From: Nemertoderma westbladi
Taxonomy: Eukaryota > Animalia > Xenacoelomorpha
DNA: 64,000 nt
Assembly (NCBI GenBank): GCA_032718475.1
Contig: JAUCBJ010005574.1
Location: forward strand, 1 to 64,000
Direction: 5' to 3'
The stretch's first letter is position 1. The number at the start of each line of letters is the position of its first letter. The notes under the pieces were generated by a model. The model worked only from the letters and a program-made list of their open reading frames with translations. It was not told where the DNA came from and searched no databases. Made by a program: the position numbers and the translations under genes. Positions 13,572 to 23,603 of this stretch are shown one piece after another.

Positions 13572-15641
13572 ATGGTAAACCATTTAAAACGCAAATTAAT
13601 AACTAACAAAAAAATAAAAAATTATAAAAATGACGATTGGTCAACACTTGAATTGGAACAATTACGCACAAAAAAGTATAACAAATTTCTAGAATGGCGA
13701 AGAAACAAGACAAATGCAAACTATTCAGAATACAAATTACTACGAAATAAATTCAACAATCTAAATGCAAAATTAAAAAATTCTTATATTAAACACAAAT
13801 ATATTGAAGCAAAAGACAGTAAATCTAGATGGCAATTAATAAATAAAATCTTAAACAACAAAAGAAAACAGTCGAAAATAAATTGCATTAAAAATCTAGG
13901 AACACTAACAACAAATAAGAAAAAAATTGTAGAAATATTTAATAGAACTTATATCGAACTAGGAAATTTTTTCAAAAATGTTAGCGTTGATGCAAATATG
14001 AAAACACTTGGAGTAACGGTAGTAGGAACAAACATTAAGGATACTTTCTCCTTCCAATGTATAACATCATCAGACGTATACAACATCATAAATAATTTAA
14101 ATGCAAAAAAATCCAGTGGACCATCTTTAATACCGATAAAAATTATCAAGAATATAGCCCCGCATATAACATATCAATTAACTTACATATTAAATCAATG
14201 TATCACCAAGTCACTTTTTCCAGACAAACTAAAACTTGTAAATATCACTCCCATATTTAAATCAGGTGATCCACATGAACCAACAAATTACAGACCTATC
14301 GCAATGACTACGCCATTTGCTAAAATATTTGAACGAGTACTTTATAATCAAATTATACATTATATAAATAAACACAAAATAATTTATTCTAAGCAATTTG
14401 GATTCCGAAAAGGGTTTTCAACTGTTGATGCACTAACATATCTCTCAGAATCCTGGAGAAAAAAGCTTGACGAAAATAATTACATTGCAATAGCATTCCT
14501 GGATCTCAGCAAGGCCTTCAACTCAGTAAACCGACAAATATTACTACACAGACTTGCAACGTTAGGTTTTCATTCCACATCTCAACTTCTTATAAAAAAT
14601 TATTTGACTGATAGACGACAAAGAGTAAAACTAGAAAACTCAACATCACCATGGTTACCCGAAATCTGTGGCCTACCACAAGGAACAATACTGGCACCAC
14701 TTCTCTTCACATTGTATACAAACAACATACCAGATACAGCAAAATCTTCAACTATCATTCAATACGCAGACGATACAGTAATATACACTACAGGCACAAA
14801 TCCACAGCTGGCTGCAAAATTACTACAAAACGAAATTATACTATTAAACAAAACATTTGTGCAACATCACTTGAAACTGAACCACTCCAAGACTGAATTC
14901 TTACTACTATCACCAAAACAACAGACATCAACTGACTTCAATACAGACGAAATAAATCTTGACATAGGAACAAAAGATCCGATCTCACAATCAACCACGG
15001 TTAAATACCTAGGAGTAGAATTAGATAAAAAACTACAATGGCACCATCATATAACTAAAACAATACAGAAAATGACACTCAGTATATCTTGCCTCCGCTC
15101 AATAAAGGGACAACTAACAATAAAAACAAAATTACAACTACTAAAAGCACTAACATTGCCGTACCATCTTTACTGTAATCAACTATTAGTCCCACTACAT
15201 GATAAATACGGACACAAGGAAATACTATACAAATTTGAAAAAGTACAAAATTACGCACTACGAACTATCTTTGGGAAACGGATTAGGGACTCAACAGGAA
15301 CTGAACTACGAGAAAAAGCCAAAATACCAACCCTAAAAGCTGTAAGAGAATATTTCGGATTAATATACTTTTTTAAATACATAAACAACCTATCAGAACC
15401 ATTTAAAACATTAGACCATCCTTTTTTACCCAAAATAAACATTAGACTAAACAATCGAACAAAAAACATAATCATACCTAAAACTAGAAACAGATACGGA
15501 CATGAAAGTTTACTCGTGAATCTTATAAAATTATGGAATGCATTACCAATTAAAATAAAAGAAATTACAAAACTAAAATATTTCAAAACAAAGTTAAAAA
15601 AACAGTTCCTATCGAAATATAGCCATGAGGATGCAACCTAG
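13572..15641 (+). CDS. Intact non-LTR (CR1/L2-group) reverse transcriptase ORF lacking the APE endonuclease
   Basis: 689 aa uninterrupted, with NYRPIAMTTPFAKIFE, QFGFRKGFST, FLDLSKAFNSV, GLPQGTILAPLLF, QYADDT, KYLGV and IKLWNALP. An in-frame stop at 13548 lies upstream, and no endonuclease motifs are present. Confidence 0.9.
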   Translation: MVNHLKRKLITNKKIKNYKNDDWSTLELEQLRTKKYNKFLEWRRNKTNANYSEYKLLRNKFNNLNAKLKNSYIKHKYIEAKDSKSRWQLINKILNNKRKQSKINCIKNLGTLTTNKKKIVEIFNRTYIELGNFFKNVSVDANMKTLGVTVVGTNIKDTFSFQCITSSDVYNIINNLNAKKSSGPSLIPIKIIKNIAPHITYQLTYILNQCITKSLFPDKLKLVNITPIFKSGDPHEPTNYRPIAMTTPFAKIFERVLYNQIIHYINKHKIIYSKQFGFRKGFSTVDALTYLSESWRKKLDENNYIAIAFLDLSKAFNSVNRQILLHRLATLGFHSTSQLLIKNYLTDRRQRVKLENSTSPWLPEICGLPQGTILAPLLFTLYTNNIPDTAKSSTIIQYADDTVIYTTGTNPQLAAKLLQNEIILLNKTFVQHHLKLNHSKTEFLLLSPKQQTSTDFNTDEINLDIGTKDPISQSTTVKYLGVELDKKLQWHHHITKTIQKMTLSISCLRSIKGQLTIKTKLQLLKALTLPYHLYCNQLLVPLHDKYGHKEILYKFEKVQNYALRTIFGKRIRDSTGTELREKAKIPTLKAVREYFGLIYFFKYINNLSEPFKTLDHPFLPKINIRLNNRTKNIIIPKTRNRYGHESLLVNLIKLWNALPIKIKEITKLKYFKTKLKKQFLSKYSHEDAT

Positions 15642-16001
15642 CGGATTTGCACCTGTGACTGCCGCCAATTAATAGAACATTATTTATTATACTGTAGATG
15701 TAATGTAATAATGATTGTACTGTAGGCCTACTCGATTCCTCATACTGTATATTTGTACTGTACACGGTGCAGCCTAGCTGTTACCTGGAACCCTGTGACG
15801 CTTATTTGCTTATAATTATCAGTAAATACTGTATGTATTAACTGCCTCGTGCAAATATATATTTGAATGAGTTTTTTAGCAAATAAAAGAGATATAATAA
15901 TAAGAATAATAATAGTATTTTGAGACAAATAATCTTTAGTAGTGAATAAGCTTTTGTGTACCTGTAGCGATTTTTCTGTATGTTGCGCCACCTGTATTAA
16001 T

Positions 16002-17717
16002 TTAAAAGCGATGTCTCCTATCATGATGGATAGGATATTGCTGTTTGGCATAGTTTCTGAAGTTCGTATCATAATTATGTGGATAGAAGTTGTCATAATT
16101 CGATTCCCTAGCAATGTTTTGGTATTGATAGTTATCAGATCGATGGTATCTGTCATTCTGTCTATGTCTCATCCTTGCATCCATATTTCCATAGTTTCTT
16201 GAATATTTAGAGTAGATTCCATCATGAGGTTGTGAGATACCTTTACCATGGTTATTCCCCATGCCCTCAGCCGCGGTAGATGGTGTAGTGAACGTTGAGC
16301 GTTGCCCCGATTGGCGATGGTTGTTGATTGAATCAGTTCTATGGATTTTGTTGGAAATATTATCCAAAGGTAGAGATTTAAATGAATAAGAATTATGTCG
16401 TTCTTCTAGTTGTATCTGCCCATATTTTTTAAATCCATTTTTATAGTATCCGGGTGTTTTTGAGGATGATATGATATCAGACCCCTTGGGCCACAAACCA
16501 GGCTGTAGGAATATCTTTTCATAGGTGGCTTCTATAATTACCTTAGCTCCTTTTCTTCTTCCTCTGTTTCCATTTACCCAAACATTAATAGGTCTGTATC
16601 CAGTTTGTTTGAAGCAAAATTGTGATAGCGAGATAGAGGAACAGTCTATTGGCAGGTTACCAATTGTTACAGTAACCAACTCGTCAGATTTGGTCTTTGC
16701 ATCATGTGTGATCCTTGGTAGTTGAGAATTCCCCGTCCCCACTTCCAAGATTTTTTGCAATAACCTGGTGTTCTCCTTAAGCAGATTCTCCACAGTTTTC
16801 ACTTCATCCAAGGCTTCATATGAGTTAGATGTTGTGGTCGGTGGTTCAGTTGGTTGATCTCTTACTTTGGCACATTTGGTACCAGTAGCATGTTGCCAAA
16901 CATTGCCTTCGTGTAATACCTCTTGCAGGTTAACAGGTGACATTACGGGAATATCTGGCATTCCAACTGCGGCATCATTGTTAGTATTATCCAAAGAAGC
17001 AGTCGCAATTCTATGTTTTTTGTGGTTTTCGTTGCTTACAGAATTATGTTTCACATTGTTTAATGACTTGTGTTTGACATTGTTTAAAGACTTGTGTTGT
17101 TGTGAAGGGGTACTGATACCCACATTTAACCGTGAGTGATCCGTACCATTAAGAATATTTAGTGCAGTGGTTTCCAGTACTTCTTGTCTGACCTGGTTTT
17201 GTTTAGACTCCTTTTTAGATTTTCCTTTGTTCTGAATTATTTCATTATTTTTGTTATCAGATTTTGGATTAGTCTCAGATTTTTTCAGTAGCTTGACTTC
17301 ATCCTCTAGTCCTTTAATCCTAGATGCAAAAGATTTGCATTGTATTGCCAATGATTTGATTTCTACCTGAAGGGTAGACACTAAGTTAACCATTTCAAAT
17401 AAGCCAAATGCATCAGCACGTCTGATGTTAATTCGCTTTTTAAACACAGTTGTAAGCGCTTTCTGTTCAAGAACAATAGAAAACTCTGCAACATCAGCAG
17501 CCAGCTGTGACTTTCTGTTTACGCATGAGCACCGTATACCTTTGTCATTACCGATGATTGATTCTAGAATGGATTTGAATAATTGCTTCTGTAGTTTAGA
17601 CAGAACGTCAAACCCCAATTGTTTTATATTGTTAATTAGATCATCCTTCGGATATTGTAACAATTTGGTAGATCGAAGTGCTTTGACAAATTCATGAGGA
17701 TCTGATTTTCCTTTCAA
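16002..17717 (-). CDS. LINE ORF1-like protein (coiled coil + RRM-like domain); probably the C-terminal half of a frameshifted ORF with 17692-19401
   Basis: 571 aa. Heptad coil LVSTLQVEIKSLAIQCKSFASRIKGLEDEVKLLKK; RRM-like VTIGNLP...AKVII...FLQPGLWPKG resembling CR1/L2-group ORF1. It has no good ATG, and its frame is open back to about 17763. Confidence 0.6.
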   Translation of the reverse strand: MKGKSDPHEFVKALRSTKLLQYPKDDLINNIKQLGFDVLSKLQKQLFKSILESIIGNDKGIRCSCVNRKSQLAADVAEFSIVLEQKALTTVFKKRINIRRADAFGLFEMVNLVSTLQVEIKSLAIQCKSFASRIKGLEDEVKLLKKSETNPKSDNKNNEIIQNKGKSKKESKQNQVRQEVLETTALNILNGTDHSRLNVGISTPSQQHKSLNNVKHKSLNNVKHNSVSNENHKKHRIATASLDNTNNDAAVGMPDIPVMSPVNLQEVLHEGNVWQHATGTKCAKVRDQPTEPPTTTSNSYEALDEVKTVENLLKENTRLLQKILEVGTGNSQLPRITHDAKTKSDELVTVTIGNLPIDCSSISLSQFCFKQTGYRPINVWVNGNRGRRKGAKVIIEATYEKIFLQPGLWPKGSDIISSSKTPGYYKNGFKKYGQIQLEERHNSYSFKSLPLDNISNKIHRTDSINNHRQSGQRSTFTTPSTAAEGMGNNHGKGISQPHDGIYSKYSRNYGNMDARMRHRQNDRYHRSDNYQYQNIARESNYDNFYPHNYDTNFRNYAKQQYPIHHDRRHRF

Positions 17718-19401
17718 GAAATATATTAATTTGTCCCCAATGCTGAGAGGCGGTTCCCTTGCATGTCACTGACGAAATGTTTGGTGAAGTTGATTTAATG
17801 GGAGTCTTCATGCCATCCCCCGGTTTGTAGTTTGATTCCTGCTTATCCCTTACATTAGCATGTTCCATTTCATTAGTAAGTGTATATGAGAACCCATGAA
17901 TGAAATCCTCTAATGGTTCTAGTTTAGTATTTTCAATGGACTTTCGAAGCCATCTTCTACCTCTTTCGAAACATGGTATATTAGCTTCAGAAACATTGTT
18001 TGAGTACAAATAGGCATACAGGCATAAGTAGACCCCACAGTCTTTGGATCCTAAGTTTTGGCCGACAAAAGGACGTTTATATGTTGGATTTGTTGTCCAC
18101 TTATTTCCCCGTTGACCAGTTGTCTCCCAAATTATGTTAAGGAGATGGCATACTGATTGTGTAATTGATGTTTCCTTAGATACTGATATACTACAAAGAG
18201 TGTAGACTGTTCTCTTTAGTACATCTGCCACATGGAGAACAAAATGTCCCCCATCGCAATCTGGGAATAGTAATAGACGAGAGGATTGTATAGAGCAGCA
18301 TGATGTTATATAACGTATTGCACTGGCTATATCATAGTTCCTTTGACGTAATTTTATGCTACATAAAGTTGAATCAATACACCCAATGTCAGAAGAATTT
18401 AACTTCTGCAACATTGATAAGTAAGAGTCAATGATTAGGGTAGATAGCTCTTGATCATCATTTAAGTAATTCCTGTCAATATCCGATGGTCGCAACAACA
18501 CCAAACAACGCTCAACTGGAGTTGCCATAGCTGCTTTAGTAATTGCTTCTTTGTCATATCCAGGTTTTTTATCAGGAAAAATGATAATTTCAGGCATGTG
18601 TGTGTTTTCTATCGCGACCATCGATTTATCGTCCTTGACAATTGTTAGTGGCCTTTTAATCAATAAATCTTTTGATTCATCATTTTCAATTAGGTCTTCT
18701 ATTTTTGTAGGTCCTCCATTAGATCGCACGAACCAATCAGTTATCATGCTTTGCCGTGATTTTGTGTTGAGCTCAGAGGATCTGGAGGGCGGATCGAATC
18801 CAGAGGGCCTGGAGGGCGGATCGAATCCAGAGGGCCTGGAGGGCGGATCAACTCCAGAGGGACTGGAGGGCGGATCGACTTCAGATGGTCTGGTGGGCGG
18901 ATCGACTCCAAAGGGACTGGAGGGCGGATCGACTTCAGATGGTCTGGTGGGCGGATCGACACCAGATGTTCTGGTGGGCGGATCGACTCCAGAGGGACTG
19001 GGGGGCAGATCGACTCCAGAGCGACTGGAGTGCGGATCGACTCCAGAGGGACTGGAGGGCGGATCGAGTTCAGATGGTCTGGTGGGCGGATCGACTCCAA
19101 AGGGACTGGAGGGTGGATCGACTTCAGATGGTCTGGTTGGCGGATCGACTCGAGATGGACTGGAGGGCGGATCGACTCCAGATGGACTGGAGGGCGGATT
19201 GACTTCAGATGGTCTGGTGGGCGGATTGACTCCAGAGAGACTGCAGCAGACTCCAGTGTACTGGTTCCTGCAGCGGCCGATATTGAGCTGACAACAACTG
19301 ACACACGAACGTTCGGCTCGAAAGCATCCGCAACGACGTCTTTCACAGCAACCATTGCTGGTGATGCCACATTGGCAACACCGCAGCGATCCCTCAGACA
19401 T
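17692..19401 (-). CDS. Cys-rich (CXC-like) + Pro/Ser repeat + Ulp1/SENP-like (C48) cysteine protease
   Basis: N-terminus CCQC...CCERRRCGCFRAERSCVSCC...CRN. Protease signature LSTLIIDSYL, LLFP...GHFVLHVADV, GQNLGSKDCGVY (His-Asp-Gln-Cys order). Confidence 0.75.
   Translation of the reverse strand: MSEGSLRCCQCGITSNGCCERRRCGCFRAERSCVSCCQLNIGRCRNQYTGVCCSLSGVNPPTRPSEVNPPSSPSGVDPPSSPSRVDPPTRPSEVDPPSSPFGVDPPTRPSELDPPSSPSGVDPHSSRSGVDLPPSPSGVDPPTRTSGVDPPTRPSEVDPPSSPFGVDPPTRPSEVDPPSSPSGVDPPSRPSGFDPPSRPSGFDPPSRSSELNTKSRQSMITDWFVRSNGGPTKIEDLIENDESKDLLIKRPLTIVKDDKSMVAIENTHMPEIIIFPDKKPGYDKEAITKAAMATPVERCLVLLRPSDIDRNYLNDDQELSTLIIDSYLSMLQKLNSSDIGCIDSTLCSIKLRQRNYDIASAIRYITSCCSIQSSRLLLFPDCDGGHFVLHVADVLKRTVYTLCSISVSKETSITQSVCHLLNIIWETTGQRGNKWTTNPTYKRPFVGQNLGSKDCGVYLCLYAYLYSNNVSEANIPCFERGRRWLRKSIENTKLEPLEDFIHGFSYTLTNEMEHANVRDKQESNYKPGDGMKTPIKSTSPNISSVTCKGTASQHWGQINIFLERKIRSS
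18770..19235. repeat. 27-bp coding minisatellite (about 17 copies; GVDPPSSPS-like)
   Basis: Unit similar to GGAGGGCGGATCGACTCCAGAGGGACT, in frame within 17692-19401. Confidence 0.92.
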
Positions 19402-19479
19402 TGAGCATAAAATTCGCTAATCCAATCCAGTTTGCCTACTCTCAACAGTTATTAATTAACCTTGGTTCTACTATAATTT

Positions 19480-20527
19480 TAATGGTCAATCTTTCAATGC
19501 TGTTATAACACTACTAATATAACATTTAAATAGTTATTTTCTTCTCTATTTTCTTCTAGGCAATTGGGGTTTTTTGGGTTTCTGGATTCGATGAAATATA
19601 TACGAGTTGCACCAAGCGTATCAAACTTGTATTTTTCGGTGCTGTGTGCAAATTTTGGTGCTAGCACGAAATTTTGAAAATCCATTCAATAGATAAAATT
19701 GCTTGTGACAATTTATTTCTTGCGTTTTAGAGGTTTATGGCTGTTCTGAATTCAATGGAAAATATAATTATCGAACTAGACATCTCAAACTGTATTTTTC
19801 GGATGTGGGTGCAAAATGTGGTGCTAGCACCAAATCTTGAAAACCATTAAATATATCAATTGATTGTGTTACCTTGTTTCTTGCGTTATACGGGTTTGTG
19901 AGGGTCCTGAATCCGATGGAATCAATAAAAACAGCACTGGACATCGCAAACTTGTACTTTTTGGTGATGGGTACGAAATTTGGTGCTAGCACCAAAATTT
20001 GCCAAATTACGCCGAAAAATACAAGTAGCAATGATCTGGCATATTAGAAATGTATTCCATTAGAATCAGCGCCCTCGAAAACCTGAAAATGTGAATTTAT
20101 AGCATCGTATAAGTGAATTAAAAATTTTGTGTTCTAACTGAAAAGTGCTGGTTACTTGTTTTTTTCATTTTTTTCCTACGCAGAAAGGACTAAACAGCCA
20201 TTTATAGTAATCATATCATTTTTTAATATGTTCCAATGTATTTTGCACCCCAGAAAACCTGTATTGAAAAATAATTAGCCGAAAATGTAACTTTAAATTT
20301 GGTGAAAATTGTGCACTACTTGTAATTTTGGTGCTGCAATATAACCACCCCAGTACATTTTTTCGAAAATTTTTTTTTTCGTTCGGATCCAGACAAGTGA
20401 TACGTACAAACAAAAAATCAGACGTTTTCGTAAATATTTGTAGATTTTAGAGGGAGGGTCAATATGACCCCCCCCCCCCCCCCCGGTATTTGTACAACAT
20501 TTTATAGCCCGGTACTAATAGGGTTAA
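19480..20527. mobile_element. One end of a TTAA-terminated (piggyBac-like) non-autonomous DNA element with ~160-bp subterminal repeats
   Basis: Ends ...CCCGGTACTAATAGGG|TTAA at 20527. Palindrome GGTGCTAGCAC recurs near 19657, 19820 and 19982. The matching other end was not found. Confidence 0.5.
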
Positions 20528-21189
20528 TGTGGATTAAGATTTTGTTCTACAATAAATAATATAAAGTCGAATTTGTAAAGCCTCAGCAAAATCAATCCCA
20601 TCAAAGCATATAGTAAGTAGGTGGTGCTTTAGCAAGACAACCTCACGTTAAAAAATGAATATGAAACCACATTAAAAAAACAAACAAACTTTACTACCGC
20701 AATTAGCAATTATTAGATAAAATATACATTATAGGGGGGAGGGGGGGGGGGGGAGGGGGGAGACTCCAGCCACAATTGTAATCTTAAACAATAATACTAT
20801 CTTTTATATTGTGCAAGCTCCCGATTATATTAGATAGAGGGAAAGACATTGTCATATAAATATAAAAAATTTTCAATTAAAAAGATAGTTTATTTAAGGT
20901 AGGCCTTATATTCTTTCATTAAATAATTCTTTCATTTTATTACAACAAACAGGACAAACACGAGATCTAATATAAAAAATAAAAATATAAAGTTTAAACA
21001 TAAATATTAATATAGTTTTGTGAGTCCAGGTAGCTATAATGGCTGTGGCTGAGGCTGCGGTGGTTGGTTGCGCTCAGTCGTGGCCACGAACTGAGGTTCC
21101 CGTTGTATGTGTTGTGGTGCTTCAACGGGCCTCAGTTCTATCCCGGGATTAACGATATTTACCGTCTCCAGGGGATTAATTTTTGTGAT

Positions 21190-21760
21190 GTGGAGTTTTT
21201 TTTTGGGGGGGGGGGGGGGGGGGGGGGGGCGTTAACTCGTCTCCTGCCGACAGGCCCGGTTTCAGCCAACCAACAACGTACCACCCCCCCTCCATCTGGG
21301 CCGTTCTGGCGCGCCACCTGCGCAGCCACCCAGGCCTTAACGGCGCCCGTTTGAACGGACGTGACGCTTACCTGGAGACTCGACTCCCACACGAACAGAG
21401 TGGTGAAAGCCCATGACGGAAAGGACTTCACATCGAACTCCTGACGTTCATCGCAACCAACACGGAAGTCGATCACCCAGGAGGGCGCCGATGCCGCGGT
21501 CCAGCAGCAGCAGGTCTTCCCCTGCTGGGAGTCGCAGAACGGACCTTAACACACACGTCGTCCCCATATCCAACTCTTACGCGCAGAGTGCGCGTTGTTA
21601 TGGCGAACCCCGCCATAGCTGTAGTGCTGTACAGTGGGGCGAGCGCAACTTCCCGGCGATCTCCCAGCCGGGGCGCAACGGGAAGAATGACATCCTCGGT
21701 TGACACAACCGGGAAGTTGCTTTCGCCCTCGAAGTACGGGTTAACGAGGGAAATTAGTGA
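21190..21760 (-). other. GC-rich decayed coding island, possibly a Maverick/Polinton minor-capsid-like fragment
   Basis: YFEGESNF...ILPVAPRLGDRREVAL resembles the LP...L.G.WEVAL N-terminal motif of Polinton penton-like proteins. GC shifts sharply against the flanks. Confidence 0.3.
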
Positions 21761-22408
21761 GCCGAGATTGATTTTCTTAGTGTAATACAGCAAAGAGCCC
21801 ATGTCCTTCTGTTTAATAACTATTGCAAACATGGCGCTCGAATTTAGGCATCAAAAAAAGTAATAACATTTATATATATATAATGCATAACAGTAAAAAT
21901 ATATGTAATAATATTTCAGAACGGGGACACATTACATAACAGTAAAAATACATATAATGATATTCAGAAAGAGAGTGGGGGGACTTTTTTTATTACCCAA
22001 ACTTAATTTTTTTTTATTACCTAAGTTTATTTACCCAAACAGAATTCATCAAAAATTCAAGGAAAATTAGCGTAAATAGTAGCTGATTACTCCAAAAAAT
22101 AAAAGTGTAACCTTTTCTATTGACTTTAGTTTATTGTTTTGGTTAGAAAAACGAGACAATTTCACCTGCTCTTTCCCTTAATTGATAATTTTAACATTGA
22201 GACGAGATAGTATTTCGTCCAAATGGAATTTAGGTGCAGCAGAAAAAATCGAAAGTAGTATTATAAATTCGCTTTGATATCATTTTTTAGTGAGTTAAAA
22301 CATATCGTTTTACTACAAACTTTTAAAAATAAATCTTATAGTTCTTGTGTCTAAGGCAAATTGAATTGCCGTTGTTTCACACTTTTGCTGCTGTAACAAA
22401 CACTTCCT

Positions 22409-22590
22409 CTATCTATCTATACTATAATTGGAAATCTACATTGCAGCAGCATTGAACATGATATGCCGGCTCATCTAAAAAATTGCGATGCCACAACTCC
22501 CTAGGAAACACAACTTTCTCGAAATTATCCGCATCTTCAAGGACAGTATCCTTTAAGAGGTGTCTCACGAAAAACATGAAAAGCAACATC
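22409..22590 (-). mobile_element. Diverged RTE 3' end
   Basis: LLKDTVLEDADNFEKVV..RELWHRNFLDEPA aligns with the RTE family A C-terminus DTGLKDADDLANVMGDRELWRCNFVDKPA. (ATAG)n tail. Confidence 0.7.
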
Positions 22591-23603
22591 TTTATTCGCA
22601 CCATGAGGCTGATAAAGTATTTTATACAAATTGACGAAAGTAATGTACTGCAAAGCAGTGGCGGTCATTTGTGTCAAGCCTGGGGGGATTTCTTCAGAAA
22701 AACCGTTTTAAAACGATAAATATCTCGGTTATACGTGGGAGTATGGCCTTCTAAGTGAGTTAATCGAATTCAGAATACATTTTAACATAAAGAAATGCAG
22801 CAATCTCCATTTCGGCAAAAATCGCATATAGGTGGTTTCAAAATGAAAGGGACGAATTTTACCTTCCCGGGTTGTATTAACAGATTTAATAGTTACTCAA
22901 CGAAATGAACGGGACCTAATGGCTAACCTAAATAAACAAACATTGTAAGTGAAACCATGGGAGAAGTAATGAGACAATTAAAAAAGTAGTGGAATGTATT
23001 TTATACGATAAGAAGTACTCAACAACCTCTGTAGTACTAATAGTACAGATAATATATAAATATCTATAGACCTTATTGTCATTAGATCCCGAATCTGTTG
23101 CAATAATAATACCAGTAGCCTGTACGCTGGTATGTTAAAGTCTGGAGAGGGTTGAGGGGGACTGCCCAGAGCTATTGTATATTGTATTGTATAGGATAAG
23201 GTATCTTTCTTTCACTGATATTAATCTTATGTTATCTCTGATAGTTACAGCTGCAGATCCCTTTATGGCCTAGTTAGTACAATACTACCTGTGGTCCTGT
23301 GTAGTCCAAGTTGGTCCCAAATTGGTGGAATTTTCTGAGCCGCTTTTCCTAAAACCCATTTGAGCGCATTGTGACAGACCAGCATCAGGACAGGAATACC
23401 GCGCGTTGAGGTTGGCCTGCGTACAATCGTTGTACCACCATGTATATAAATTGTACATTATATTGTAAGTACATACATCATCCCTTATATATTAGATATA
23501 TTAGATTGATCTATATAATATTTATAGTATATAATACTTTAGTGTAGTAACAACCTATAGCTATATTAAAACCCAAATTGAAATTTTAACGCATTTATAT
23601 AGG

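Noticed and set aside
18551-19445. Alternative-frame and antisense ORFs (246, 233, 124 and 105 aa)
   Set aside because: By-products of the 27-bp GC-rich coding repeat within 17692-19401.
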